Of a stretch of DNA of 36,793 bases, positions 1 to 9,077 are shown piece by piece. The DNA is from a virus (Duplodnaviria; Caudoviricetes), in IMG/VR virus record IMGVR_UViG_3300008255_000257, positions 1-36,793 of that record; one strand, given 5' to 3'. The notes under the pieces were generated by a model. That model was not told the DNA's origin and did no database searches. It saw only the letters and a list, made by a program, of their open reading frames with translations. How positions within the stretch are numbered: the stretch's first letter is position 1; each line of letters begins with the position of its first letter. A program made the position numbers and the translations under genes.

Positions 1-1188
1 AATACCGACGTTGCCGTCGTTGGCTATTGTCAAAAGCTGAGAATAGGAAGGTGAGCCAGAAGATATATCGAATCCGCTTGCACGTTCTATATAAAATTTA
101 GAAGTATCCGTTTTTATCTGAAACGCAGTGGCATTATTTCCACTACCAGTAGTTCTAAAAAATGCAAGTCTTGGATTTTGGTCTGTTGTCGAGGGAATTA
201 CAACTCTAGATTCATCCCAACCAGAATCTGATAAGAAATCAGCGATACCAAAAGGATTATTTGTCCCTTGTGAAGGTGAGCCTACAACTATGCTCCCATT
301 TACATCGAGTTTTCTCTGAGGTGCCGTCGTCCCGATACCGACGTTGCCACCGTTTTTGATTGTCACATAGTTATTAATTTCCCCTGTTGACAAATATCGC
401 CCAAAAGTTAAATCTATTTCATTATTTGCTGTAGTTTTACTTTGGATAAATGAACCATCATGAGAAGATAAAGCACCAGATGCGCCCCAAGTTCCTAACC
501 TTATCAAAGAATATGTATTTGCTGTACCAACTCCGTTGTTCAAAATGTCCAGCCCACCAGTATAAGTCCTAACATCAACCGCACTATTATCCGTATTATC
601 ATATAAAGACAATTTAGACACCGGACTCACCGTCCCTATACCGACGTTGCCTGAGGTGTTGATTGTTAGAAACGGGTTCGTTCCACAGGTTGTACCATCT
701 CCTATTTGAAAGAGGTCGTCATCGACACTATCAGCATCTTCTGTTACGCCTGTCCAAAAATCCGTATCAGTTGCAGTGGTGACATCGTAAATTAAACAAG
801 GGTCGGCTTTTTTAATTGTGATGTTTCCTGCTGAAGAAGCGGAGATTGTGATTGTACCAGTATCTATATTGTCAAAATAACCGTTTGCCCAGCGGACACC
901 AGAAGAGCCTATGTCGTCAGTGGAGTCTGTATCGCTTATTAGAGAAGTGTTTATGGCCACGGAGGCTAGATTAGACAATGCTGTATTTGCTCCGGTGCCT
1001 GCAGGGGTATCATATGAGTAAGTAAAAGGCGAATCGTCAGAAATCTTTAAGTATTTTCCAACATCGCCAGCTGTAGCGGTGCCTTTACCTGTGCCTCCTT
1101 GAAATGGAAAAAGCACGGTGGCGGCTTGGCTGATTCCGAAAGTTAATAAAAATCCTAAGACAATAATTCCTATGTATTTTTTTTTCAT
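1..1188 (-). CDS. GNVGIG-repeat fibre/adhesin-like protein, N-terminal part (runs off window start), with predicted Sec signal peptide
   Basis: Not in the ORF track because there is no stop in the window. Hand translation from ATG 1188: MKKKYIGIIVLGFLLTFGISQA-ATVLFPFQGGTG...ANTALSNLASVAINTSLISDTDSTDDIGSSGVRWANGYFDNI...GNVGIGT; three in-frame GNVGI repeats. Confidence 0.85.
   Translation of the reverse strand, partial: MKKKYIGIIVLGFLLTFGISQAATVLFPFQGGTGKGTATAGDVGKYLKISDDSPFTYSYDTPAGTGANTALSNLASVAINTSLISDTDSTDDIGSSGVRWANGYFDNIDTGTITISASSAGNITIKKADPCLIYDVTTATDTDFWTGVTEDADSVDDDLFQIGDGTTCGTNPFLTINTSGNVGIGTVSPVSKLSLYDNTDNSAVDVRTYTGGLDILNNGVGTANTYSLIRLGTWGASGALSSHDGSFIQSKTTANNEIDLTFGRYLSTGEINNYVTIKNGGNVGIGTTAPQRKLDVNGSIVVGSPSQGTNNPFGIADFLSDSGWDESRVVIPSTTDQNPRLAFFRTTGSGNNATAFQIKTDTSKFYIERASGFDISSGSPSYSQLLTIANDGNVGI
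5..651 (-). repeat. Dispersed in-frame repeat GGCAACGTCGG(T/C)ATNGGGA encoding GNVGIG, at 5-15, 338-348 and 641-651 (4th copy 36768-36778)
   Basis: Plus-strand ccgacgttgcc is identical in all four copies; spacings are 303 and 333 bp and the intervening sequences are unrelated. Confidence 0.9.
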
Positions 1189-1189
1189 A

Positions 1190-1918
1190 TTAATATCTAT
1201 AATCTACTAAAATTACCTCGCCGACTTGCGGGGCTATAATAAATGTAATGGTTTTTCCTGAGATTGTATAGTCTTCTGTCACTCGCTGGCGCGCACCTCC
1301 TCTATAGACTTTTACTGAACCCTTTTTAGGGTTTTTTTCTAGAGTAAATTCAGCGTTAGCGCCGTCTATTGTTCCGCTTGGTGTTTCATCATCAATAAAG
1401 CGAATTTCTTTTCCTATTCCGGTATGGATGCTTCCTTTTAATAATCCAATATCTCGGCCGGCTTTCCCTTGTTTTTTAAGTTCCTCGATAATTTCAGCTA
1501 ATTCTTCAATAGCATGGATAGAGAGCTTCTCCCCTTTCTTGAGGGATTCTATTTTATCTCTGATTTGCTTTGGAGTGTCTGGGCTCCCATCCTTGCCGGG
1601 CATTCCAGGTAGGCCATCTTTTCCTATTCCATCTCTTCCTCTTGGACCCTGTGGCCCCATTTTACCTTCCTTTCCTTCCTTGCCATCTTCGCCGTCTTTT
1701 CCAGGGATAGGCTTAGGAATTAAAGGTTTGATGAGTTCTTGAACCTGTTTGTCTGTCCTCCTATCCCCCGGCTCTCCCTTAGGCCCTCTTTTTCCACGAA
1801 GTACTTTTATATCCACTTCATGTTCTTTTTCCTCTTCCATTATATCTTTAGTCTCCAAAGTTGGTTTCTTAGGATGAATGAATTTCTTTAATTTTGTATG
1901 CTGAAATCTTTTTATCAT
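1190..1918 (-). CDS. Collagen-like (Gly-X-Y) virion/fibre protein with C-terminal beta domain
   Basis: GKRGPKGEPG and GKDGEDGKEGKEGKMGPQGPRGRDG triplets; C-terminal ETPSGTIDGAN..FTL..DYTISG.TITF..AP domain typical of phage fibre proteins. Confidence 0.75.
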   Translation of the reverse strand: MIKRFQHTKLKKFIHPKKPTLETKDIMEEEKEHEVDIKVLRGKRGPKGEPGDRRTDKQVQELIKPLIPKPIPGKDGEDGKEGKEGKMGPQGPRGRDGIGKDGLPGMPGKDGSPDTPKQIRDKIESLKKGEKLSIHAIEELAEIIEELKKQGKAGRDIGLLKGSIHTGIGKEIRFIDDETPSGTIDGANAEFTLEKNPKKGSVKVYRGGARQRVTEDYTISGKTITFIIAPQVGEVILVDYRY

Positions 1919-1923
1919 TTTTT

Positions 1924-3822
1924 TTATTTAAAAACATCTTCATCCTCATCTCTAAAATCTACATCACTAGCGGCACCGTAATCAACCTTGAATTTCTTTT
2001 GCTTAATTGCTTGGTCTAGTCTAGTCACTCCTACCGCGCCGTATTCTTTGAATATCTGCTGGCGATATGCCGCGTATTCGTCAGGATTAAATCCTCTCCA
2101 ATCATTTTCTTCTTTGCTTTGTACCATGTAGGTTATAGCTTGTTGTACGTCAGCTTCTAGTCCGGCTTTTTTATCTTCTTCGTCGTCACTTGGAGAGCCG
2201 GCGTCCACTGCGCCGAGCGATATCATTTTTACGCTCACAACCCCGGTGCTTGGGTCTTTGGTATAAATCGGAGTCATTCTTTGGCCACTCGCGTTATCAA
2301 AAGAGGACCCAATTGATATTACCGGCTCGTCCACAGCGCCCATGGCGAATTTTACGAATCCGCTTGGTAGGTTCGCTTGTAATTCTAATTTTTGAACTTC
2401 AGCTTGTGTTGTTGGATTAAGAGTATCAAAGTTTGTATTACTACCTTTTAGCGCGTCTATCATTAGCTGAGCGTTGGCCCGGGCGTTGTCCACTACCTTT
2501 TCCGCGTCACTTTTTGCTGTTTCCTCCACATTCTTTACGAGGTTTATCATAGAGATAGCTTGACTGAATTTTGTGTTATATTCATTCTGGGCGTTTTGGT
2601 AGTCCATGCCAGTGTATTGCATATAGGTGTTTAATACGGAATATTTTTGATTTAACTGATTTGCTAGGGCGTTTTTTTGTAGAGTCAATTCATTTTTCAT
2701 TTGAGTATACTGCATTTCCTCTGCGCTTTTTCGCCTATTTATTTGCCCGAGCGACACACGTCTATTTCCTGTTTTTTCCTGTAAGGCTAGAAAATCAGAG
2801 TCTAGTTTAGCAATTTCAGCATCAATACTATTGATATCATTTTCTAGGGGATCTACCCCGAGCTCGGCTCTTTTTGTTGCTAGTTGTTCTACAAGAGTTT
2901 TTGGCTTTTCTTCCGTTAATTTATTTTCAAAAGATTCAGTCAATGCTTTTATTAGCTTATCTGAATTGGAAACTTCTACACTTGTTCCGACAGTTTTTTG
3001 AAAGGAAGCCAGCATAGCATCTGCCATCTTTTGTGAGTCTGCATTCATTGTAGCAATTTCAGTTTGAGGAGTTATCTGAATTGGAGCCGTTGGGGTTGCT
3101 CCGGGGGTAGTTGGAGTTCCACTAGTACTTGGCGCACCTCCAGTTTGTCCCCCTCCACCTTTAGCTAAAGCAGCGCGGGTTAAAGGACCAACTATACCAT
3201 CAACAACAAGCCCATTAGATTGTTGAAAGGCCATTACAGCCGATTTAGTCTGTGGGCCGAAGATTCCGTCGGCAGTGATACCAAGTTGCTTCTGGATGGC
3301 CTGCACCTCCGCATTAGGCGCCGTAGAGCTTCCTGTGCCTTGTTTAAGTAGAGTTGGAGCAGAAGGAGTTGGCGTTCCTTGTGAAACACCTGGCACTACT
3401 CCTGCATTTAGTTGATTAGCTGTATTTTGTGTTCCAATATTTTTTAAATTAGCGTCCCCAGCGCTTCCAATAGGTACATAACCAAACCCACCACCAACAG
3501 GTACTTTTTTCATAGTCCCTGCCGCTACTCCTGCTTCATTAACTTCATTTTCTTTTATAGTGGAAATTTTAGTTGGTACTCCATTTACCATAGTAAGCCC
3601 AGAAGAAGATCCTTTCACAAAAGCTTGTGGATTATTTTGACGCATTTTGTCAAACCAGTCTTTTAATTGAAGTCCTTTTGGATCATTTTGTGCTGTATTG
3701 GCTATATTTATAAAATCCTCATAGGAAATTTCTTGTTGACCAGAAGGTACACTACCAGTGTTTGGTATTGCTTCTGCGTATGGTCCGTATTTTACGTATT
3801 TTAGTCCTGTGTCTGTTGCCAT
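1924..3822 (-). CDS. Putative internal virion/ejection protein with peptidoglycan-binding domain and coiled coil
   Basis: PG_binding_1-like motif LLKQG..EVQAIQKQLGITADGIFGPQTKSAVMAFQQSNGLVVDGIVGPLTRAAL; Q/E/K-rich helical region; position after tail genes. Confidence 0.65.
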   Translation of the reverse strand: MATDTGLKYVKYGPYAEAIPNTGSVPSGQQEISYEDFINIANTAQNDPKGLQLKDWFDKMRQNNPQAFVKGSSSGLTMVNGVPTKISTIKENEVNEAGVAAGTMKKVPVGGGFGYVPIGSAGDANLKNIGTQNTANQLNAGVVPGVSQGTPTPSAPTLLKQGTGSSTAPNAEVQAIQKQLGITADGIFGPQTKSAVMAFQQSNGLVVDGIVGPLTRAALAKGGGGQTGGAPSTSGTPTTPGATPTAPIQITPQTEIATMNADSQKMADAMLASFQKTVGTSVEVSNSDKLIKALTESFENKLTEEKPKTLVEQLATKRAELGVDPLENDINSIDAEIAKLDSDFLALQEKTGNRRVSLGQINRRKSAEEMQYTQMKNELTLQKNALANQLNQKYSVLNTYMQYTGMDYQNAQNEYNTKFSQAISMINLVKNVEETAKSDAEKVVDNARANAQLMIDALKGSNTNFDTLNPTTQAEVQKLELQANLPSGFVKFAMGAVDEPVISIGSSFDNASGQRMTPIYTKDPSTGVVSVKMISLGAVDAGSPSDDEEDKKAGLEADVQQAITYMVQSKEENDWRGFNPDEYAAYRQQIFKEYGAVGVTRLDQAIKQKKFKVDYGAASDVDFRDEDEDVFK

Positions 3823-3857
3823 ATATTTATTATACTATTTTTATAATTTTTTTAATA

Positions 3858-4097
3858 CTAAAGATGTCGTCCTAACTCTTTTTTTAATAAAAAAAACAAT
3901 ATTTTCTGCACCTGTTCAGATGATGCTGTTCCAGTTTTTAGAGTAGATAGTATTGTTTTAAAGTCTGGATTATCTTTAGTCTCTTTAATGATAATTTTTT
4001 CACCATCATGATACCACCCATAACCTTCTAAAATTTTTGTTGCTTCTATTGAATTATTGTCTATTGTAATAAACCCTCCTTGTATTTCTAATTTCAT
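3858..4097 (-). CDS. Hypothetical protein (possible fibre chaperone)
   Basis: 79-aa ORF overlapping the stop of the upstream fibre gene (ATGA coupling). Confidence 0.6.
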   Translation of the reverse strand: MKLEIQGGFITIDNNSIEATKILEGYGWYHDGEKIIIKETKDNPDFKTILSTLKTGTASSEQVQKILFFLLKKELGRHL

Positions 4098-5695
4098 AGT
4101 ATTTTTACTCTATAGTTATTATAAAAAATATGGCGACTACTTGAAGTATTTACTCCTTGTTTTGAACCAAAGTGAATTATTGGAGTATCTGTGCTTCTAG
4201 GTATTGAAGAAGTATGTGTTGCAACTAATGTGTCATTTACATAATATTTTACATATCCAGTATTTGCTGTTGTAGTATAATAAATTTTTGCGCGAATATC
4301 ATAGATAAAAGGGCTTCCTGAATCTCCATTAGCATCTCCAGTCAATTCTATTTCAATACCTGTTATTTCTTCCCATGTGCCTGTACTGAAACCAAAAGTG
4401 GTTAAATTAAAAGGATAAAGTTGTTGGTCTGCATAAATAGCAGTTACATCACAAATTTTCACAACAAAATTTGCATCACTAAAATCAGAAGCAGACCATG
4501 TACGTCCAAATGTATTATATTGACCACCTATTGTTACGGTTGTTTTTGAAGCTGTTAAATTTGTTAATTGTCCCTGAGTCCAAGTCGTGCCAGCATCCCA
4601 ACTAAAATAAATCGCTCGAGCATTATTTGAAGAATCAGATTGTGCATAAGTATTAGTATCTGCGTCATAAGCATTTGATTGGTTTGACCAGTTTGTACCT
4701 GAAGAGGCAGTTGGTCGTATAAATCCAGTATTTGAAATTGAAGGAAATGCAGCATAAGAAGTTTCAATACGATAATTATTAAAAATTGTATGTGTTACCA
4801 CACCTGATAAATCAGTTATATCTTGACTAGAGCCTTTACTGGCGCTCAACCCACTTCCAGAAGTAGCAAAAAGATTATCATCCCAATCAACAATAAATCC
4901 TACGTGCGAATCATGTAATACACGACCTCTTACAAAAGCTAGTATAGAAGATGGAACAGCTGGGATATTTGTGCCACCACTTTCAGACAATCCCCAGAAA
5001 TAAGCTTTTCCCGCAAAACCGCCAGAAGCAGATAAACCTGTATCTGATTGTAGTCTTACGAAGTATTCAATATCATTCTCAAAATTAAACTCTACAGTTG
5101 ACTTAAATCCTAATGTCCCACTTTTTAATGACCACGAACCAGCCGTACTATATAGCACTGATGTTGTTAATAACTTTCTTGTTATAGTAGCATTACCAAC
5201 TGCTTCGGTTAAACCATCAACATTACTTCCTCTAAAAAGACCAAAGTTTATATCAGTAGTCGCTCCGTCAACGACATCAGATATAGATTTACCGTTAAGA
5301 GATAAATCAGTACCGTCAAAAGTAAGACTAGAAGTAGTTGACCCACCCACTCCAATACTTAATTTTGGTGTTCCTCCGGCATTACCTATCCAAAAACCTG
5401 TACCGGTATCATAGTCTGTCTGTCCTGAACGAATAAGTCCGTTTGAACCGATAATTAAAGAACCAGAAATTGTTCCACTTGTGGCTGTGATAGCTCCTCT
5501 AAATGTTCCATCATTTGCTTCTAAATCTCCTTCCGCTGTAATTCTCCAGCCAGAAACTCCAGTCTCAAAATTATCTGATTGGAGTGCTCTTTTTAAAATA
5601 TCAAAACCCACGCGCTTTAAAATACTTCGCAGATTGTTGTAGCTGTTTTTAAGGTAAGATAACTCGGGTTGAGGTTGTGGTTCTATGATTGCCAT
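4094..5695 (-). CDS. Tail fibre/spike (receptor-binding) protein
   Basis: G/S/T-rich beta-type protein with LQSDNFETGVSGWRITAEGDLEANDGTFRGAITATSGTI and GQTDYDTGTGFWIG motifs typical of phage fibres. Confidence 0.7.
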   Translation of the reverse strand: MAIIEPQPQPELSYLKNSYNNLRSILKRVGFDILKRALQSDNFETGVSGWRITAEGDLEANDGTFRGAITATSGTISGSLIIGSNGLIRSGQTDYDTGTGFWIGNAGGTPKLSIGVGGSTTSSLTFDGTDLSLNGKSISDVVDGATTDINFGLFRGSNVDGLTEAVGNATITRKLLTTSVLYSTAGSWSLKSGTLGFKSTVEFNFENDIEYFVRLQSDTGLSASGGFAGKAYFWGLSESGGTNIPAVPSSILAFVRGRVLHDSHVGFIVDWDDNLFATSGSGLSASKGSSQDITDLSGVVTHTIFNNYRIETSYAAFPSISNTGFIRPTASSGTNWSNQSNAYDADTNTYAQSDSSNNARAIYFSWDAGTTWTQGQLTNLTASKTTVTIGGQYNTFGRTWSASDFSDANFVVKICDVTAIYADQQLYPFNLTTFGFSTGTWEEITGIEIELTGDANGDSGSPFIYDIRAKIYYTTTANTGYVKYYVNDTLVATHTSSIPRSTDTPIIHFGSKQGVNTSSSRHIFYNNYRVKIL

Positions 5696-5696
5696 T

Positions 5697-5903
5697 TTAC
5701 TTTTCTTTATCTTCTATAATTTTAATTTTTTTACCATTTATTACTAAATTAATTGAACCTTTTTCTTTTATGTGTTTAAAAATATGAATCATTACTTTTT
5801 TACTACCTTCTAAAAAACCTTCTTGAAAACTTACTCGCAAAAAAAATCTTAATATCCAAAAAATAATTACTATTCCAACACCTACTCCAAAAATATATGT
5901 CAT
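5697..5903 (-). CDS. Small membrane protein
   Basis: N-terminal hydrophobic segment YIFGVGVGIVIIFWILRFFL; tightly coupled to neighbouring genes. Confidence 0.6.
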   Translation of the reverse strand: MTYIFGVGVGIVIIFWILRFFLRVSFQEGFLEGSKKVMIHIFKHIKEKGSINLVINGKKIKIIEDKEK

Positions 5904-5904
5904 A

Positions 5905-7317
5905 TTATTCTATTTCCACCCCCAGCGCTTCCATTACTGGAGCGTCGTTGGAATTAATTGTAAAGGCGACCTTTAATTGAAGTGATCCGATGCTATCGGG
6001 ACCAGTTTCGGCTTTTATTCTGTTTAAAATTGCATCCGTGATTGAAGTCATGGCCACATAAGCTGCACCGTTTACACTATAGGAAAAGGTTATCCCTGTA
6101 CTAGCTGGTAAAGAATTATAAAAAGCGGAAACCTCTCTTAATGTATTTAATTCATCTCTTTTCTCTTGAAATAACATCATTGTTTCAAAGTAGGCGCTGG
6201 CGTATTTGGCGGTGTAGTCAATGACATCCACACCGTAGGTACTGCCGGACTTCCAGGCCACTATGATATCAAAGTCAGCTACTAGGATCGCACCGATTTC
6301 CACTCCGGTTGTGGCATCGGGAGAAATTACCCAGCTTAGATCTAATGCTTTAGGATAGTTTCTGGAATATGAGCCAAAGCTATACACTCCCTCTAGCGCT
6401 GGATTGCCAGAGCCGTTGGAGAAGCCAAAAATTGGTATGCCTTTGTAGTTTCCGGAAGCATGAGGATGTACTGTGCCATATTGAGTATTAGAATATGTGC
6501 CTGGTACTTTTATAAAAGGTTCTAGTTTTTCTCCGTTATAGAAATATATGTTGCCGGCGCGACCTGCATTGACATATACATAGTTATCATCTCTAATAAA
6601 AGCATTAATGCCAACTTCTTCTATCGGATCTGAAGTATTCCAAGAAGTAGATACGCAATCCCAACGGATTATTTCTGTCCTATTTACTGTTGTAGCTGTT
6701 CCAACAACTGTTCCAATTAATAAATCAATCTCATAATCTACCATTGTTTTGATTATCAGGGGTTCATTTATGTCGAGCGCGTTGTTGTTGAAAGTATCGT
6801 CTGCTTCCACAGAAGCTACTTGGTTACCGTCTCCGATGAATAAGGTCAGGTCTTGGATGGCCATAGGATGGTATGAGGCGTTAGTTACAGCAAAAGTAGC
6901 CCAATCCTCCACTTCACTCGCCCACGAGCCGTCAGCGTTGGCTATAGCGATTCTATGCAGCCTGCTTTGAGTAGCCCAATAGATGAATCCGTTGTATTCC
7001 ATTGCTCCGAGGCATTTATGCTCTCCGGCGGCCGCGGTAGTGGTATGAGCCAGAGTCCATACGCCTGCCGAGCTTCTAGCCCAGATCTTCCCGGAGTCAG
7101 CCGAGAACCAAAAACTCCAGCCGGTAGAGGCCGCCACTCGAACCTTTACCATTTCGTCCACGGTTGAGCCACTCTCCTTTGAAAGCTTCTGATGTACTGT
7201 GATTGTTCCCGGGTTGCTGTGGCCGTCAATGCCTACGGATCGGTAAAAGCTTCCAGCCACTCCGCTATGTTTGCTGTCCGCTAGCCCCATAAATTGTCCG
7301 TTGAATATGATAGCCAT
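5905..7317 (-). CDS. Tail nozzle/head-closure-like beta-propeller virion protein (P22 gp10/T7 gp12-like position)
   Basis: 470 aa, beta-strand-rich repeats with aromatic residues; located after the adaptor gene in the podovirus tail module. Confidence 0.55.
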   Translation of the reverse strand: MAIIFNGQFMGLADSKHSGVAGSFYRSVGIDGHSNPGTITVHQKLSKESGSTVDEMVKVRVAASTGWSFWFSADSGKIWARSSAGVWTLAHTTTAAAGEHKCLGAMEYNGFIYWATQSRLHRIAIANADGSWASEVEDWATFAVTNASYHPMAIQDLTLFIGDGNQVASVEADDTFNNNALDINEPLIIKTMVDYEIDLLIGTVVGTATTVNRTEIIRWDCVSTSWNTSDPIEEVGINAFIRDDNYVYVNAGRAGNIYFYNGEKLEPFIKVPGTYSNTQYGTVHPHASGNYKGIPIFGFSNGSGNPALEGVYSFGSYSRNYPKALDLSWVISPDATTGVEIGAILVADFDIIVAWKSGSTYGVDVIDYTAKYASAYFETMMLFQEKRDELNTLREVSAFYNSLPASTGITFSYSVNGAAYVAMTSITDAILNRIKAETGPDSIGSLQLKVAFTINSNDAPVMEALGVEIE

Positions 7318-7694
7318 TATTTTCTAGGAATACGCTCCTCAATTAAAGTTTCTAATTTTGTTAATTTATTTGAAATTTGTAGATGCCATTCGTTGGTTGT
7401 TTTTATTAATAAATCCGCCTTGACATCCACTGAATGAGTATGGTTTTGAGCTAAAGCAAAGGCATCATCTAGTCTTTTACCAAATTCCCCAAATCTTTTT
7501 TCTGTCAATTCTTTTTCCCATTGCACTCTTTGTGCTAAGACTTGTGCTTTTCCTTCTACTTCTTCACGATCCACAGCCACCTGCTTATCCAATTTATCTT
7601 GTGGGCTTTTTACTTTACTCCAAATAGTGAAAGCAACACTTATTAGAGTAATAATCATTAAAATATAATTTAAGTTTTCTGCTGTGAGTTGCAT
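7317..7694 (-). CDS. Membrane-anchored coiled-coil protein
   Basis: TM segment YILMIITLISVAFTIW followed by a charged helical region. Confidence 0.65.
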   Translation of the reverse strand: MQLTAENLNYILMIITLISVAFTIWSKVKSPQDKLDKQVAVDREEVEGKAQVLAQRVQWEKELTEKRFGEFGKRLDDAFALAQNHTHSVDVKADLLIKTTNEWHLQISNKLTKLETLIEERIPRK

Positions 7695-7696
7695 AA

Positions 7697-8425
7697 TTAA
7701 TAATCCCAGCCGTTATGGCCGGTTTCATTATCTGGTAATGAGTCGCCAATAATGTCTCCGGATTCGTCTCGGTGGGCGATAGAATCCAAGGCGAGTTGTA
7801 GGTCATTTTCGTAATTTTGTTCGTGCCGATTGAGTGGAAGTGGTTTAGGTTGAGAGCCTTTGTATTCTATAGCCACTCGGCGGGCGAGAAGTTCGTGGAA
7901 TTGTCTCGGGAAGCCAAAGGTAGAAGCGGAAGGATCGGCTGCCATGTCAGTGCTTCCGTTTAGAGCTGTGAAGTCTGCCGGGTAGAGATAATAGAATATC
8001 TGCCCACCGGCGGAAACTGCGATAATAGTTCCAGAAAGAATGAATATTCCTTTTCCTCGGATTGTATGCGCGAATTGCCCTTCCGAGTTTCCGTAATGTT
8101 TTACAATTTCGCTTTCTGTTTCCGAGCCTGAATAATTTTTAATATAATTGGAAGGGAAGCGAGAGTCGCCGGAAGCGAATTTTATTTCCACTTTGTGCAT
8201 CCGGGCGAGAATATTGGCATTGAAAGCGTAGATACGAGTAGTTGAGCTAGCTACTAAATCAAATGTCTCAGAGGTTAAGAAATAATCAGCATTCCTCTCT
8301 ACTATCTGCGAGGAAATTTCATTCTTAAATATATTCATGAGCAACAAAATCTGCGCATCAGTAAAAGTGGTACTGTTTGTCTTTGTCTTGTATCTCACCA
8401 ATGTTGCAAATTCTGTGGTTGTCAT
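7697..8425 (-). CDS. Head-tail adaptor-like protein
   Basis: N-terminal helices (TEFATLVRYKT...DAQILLLMN), ...FPRQFHELLARRVAIEYK C-terminal motif and position after head genes resemble podovirus adaptors. Confidence 0.55.
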   Translation of the reverse strand: MTTTEFATLVRYKTKTNSTTFTDAQILLLMNIFKNEISSQIVERNADYFLTSETFDLVASSTTRIYAFNANILARMHKVEIKFASGDSRFPSNYIKNYSGSETESEIVKHYGNSEGQFAHTIRGKGIFILSGTIIAVSAGGQIFYYLYPADFTALNGSTDMAADPSASTFGFPRQFHELLARRVAIEYKGSQPKPLPLNRHEQNYENDLQLALDSIAHRDESGDIIGDSLPDNETGHNGWDY

Positions 8426-8431
8426 GGTTTT

Positions 8432-8953
8432 TTAACCGTTACTTGGGGCGAATAATGCTTCAACTTTTCCGTCTGGGCTAAGTGGCCTCCATAGGCAGAT
8501 ATAATAAAGTCCTCCGGCGGTAATATCAGCTGAGCCGACTTTTTCGTCTATGGTAGTAAAGGTGGCTCCGCCGGCGTTGGTCACTATGTACGGACCGAGA
8601 ATTCCAGAAAGAAGCCCAACTTTTACTTCTGTTGGAGTAGCGTCATTCCATATTTCTCCGGTAGCCAAGTCAGTAGCATTGGCGATTTGAGCGATGAGTC
8701 CAGCTGTGTTGCCGGCCACTCCTACTTCTATGGTTCCCGCGCCGACTAGGGTTAGCTTACATACCCCGAATATACGCACCAGAACGTCTCCGGTCACCTT
8801 AAATAGGGGCATAACAGCTTTTGTGCCGTCTTTATCGCCACGGGCGTTAGACGTGCCTCCAGCAAAAGCTCCCGGGTCGCATTTTAAAACATTAAACGAA
8901 TCGAGAGAGGTCTTTGATAATTCATTTTTACTTATATTTGCTATTTCTGGCAT
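8432..8953 (-). CDS. Putative virion structural protein
   Basis: G/A/T-rich 173-aa ORF in the head/tail operon. Confidence 0.6.
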   Translation of the reverse strand: MPEIANISKNELSKTSLDSFNVLKCDPGAFAGGTSNARGDKDGTKAVMPLFKVTGDVLVRIFGVCKLTLVGAGTIEVGVAGNTAGLIAQIANATDLATGEIWNDATPTEVKVGLLSGILGPYIVTNAGGATFTTIDEKVGSADITAGGLYYICLWRPLSPDGKVEALFAPSNG

Positions 8954-8986
8954 AAAATAATTCTTGGTTAAAATTTATAATTAATA

Positions 8987-9071
8987 CTAATTTGCTTCAA
9001 CTTGTCCCCCTCCCTTTGCCTCGCGAAGCCTTGGCGAAGTATGGGGGAGAGGAACAAGGGAAACAAACTAG
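8987..9071 (-). promoter_or_regulatory. Long intergenic RNA hairpin (about 26 bp with G-U pairs)
   Basis: Arms 8987-8998/9060-9071 and 9001-9014/9045-9058 pair on the minus-strand RNA, with four mismatches all resolved as G-U. Confidence 0.7.
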
Positions 9072-9077
9072 GAAAGA

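Noticed and set aside
5-651. CRISPR array or DGR template/variable repeats in the fibre gene
   Set aside because: The repeats are short, in-frame and ~300 bp apart; no cas genes, reverse transcriptase or adenine-specific TR/VR pair were seen.
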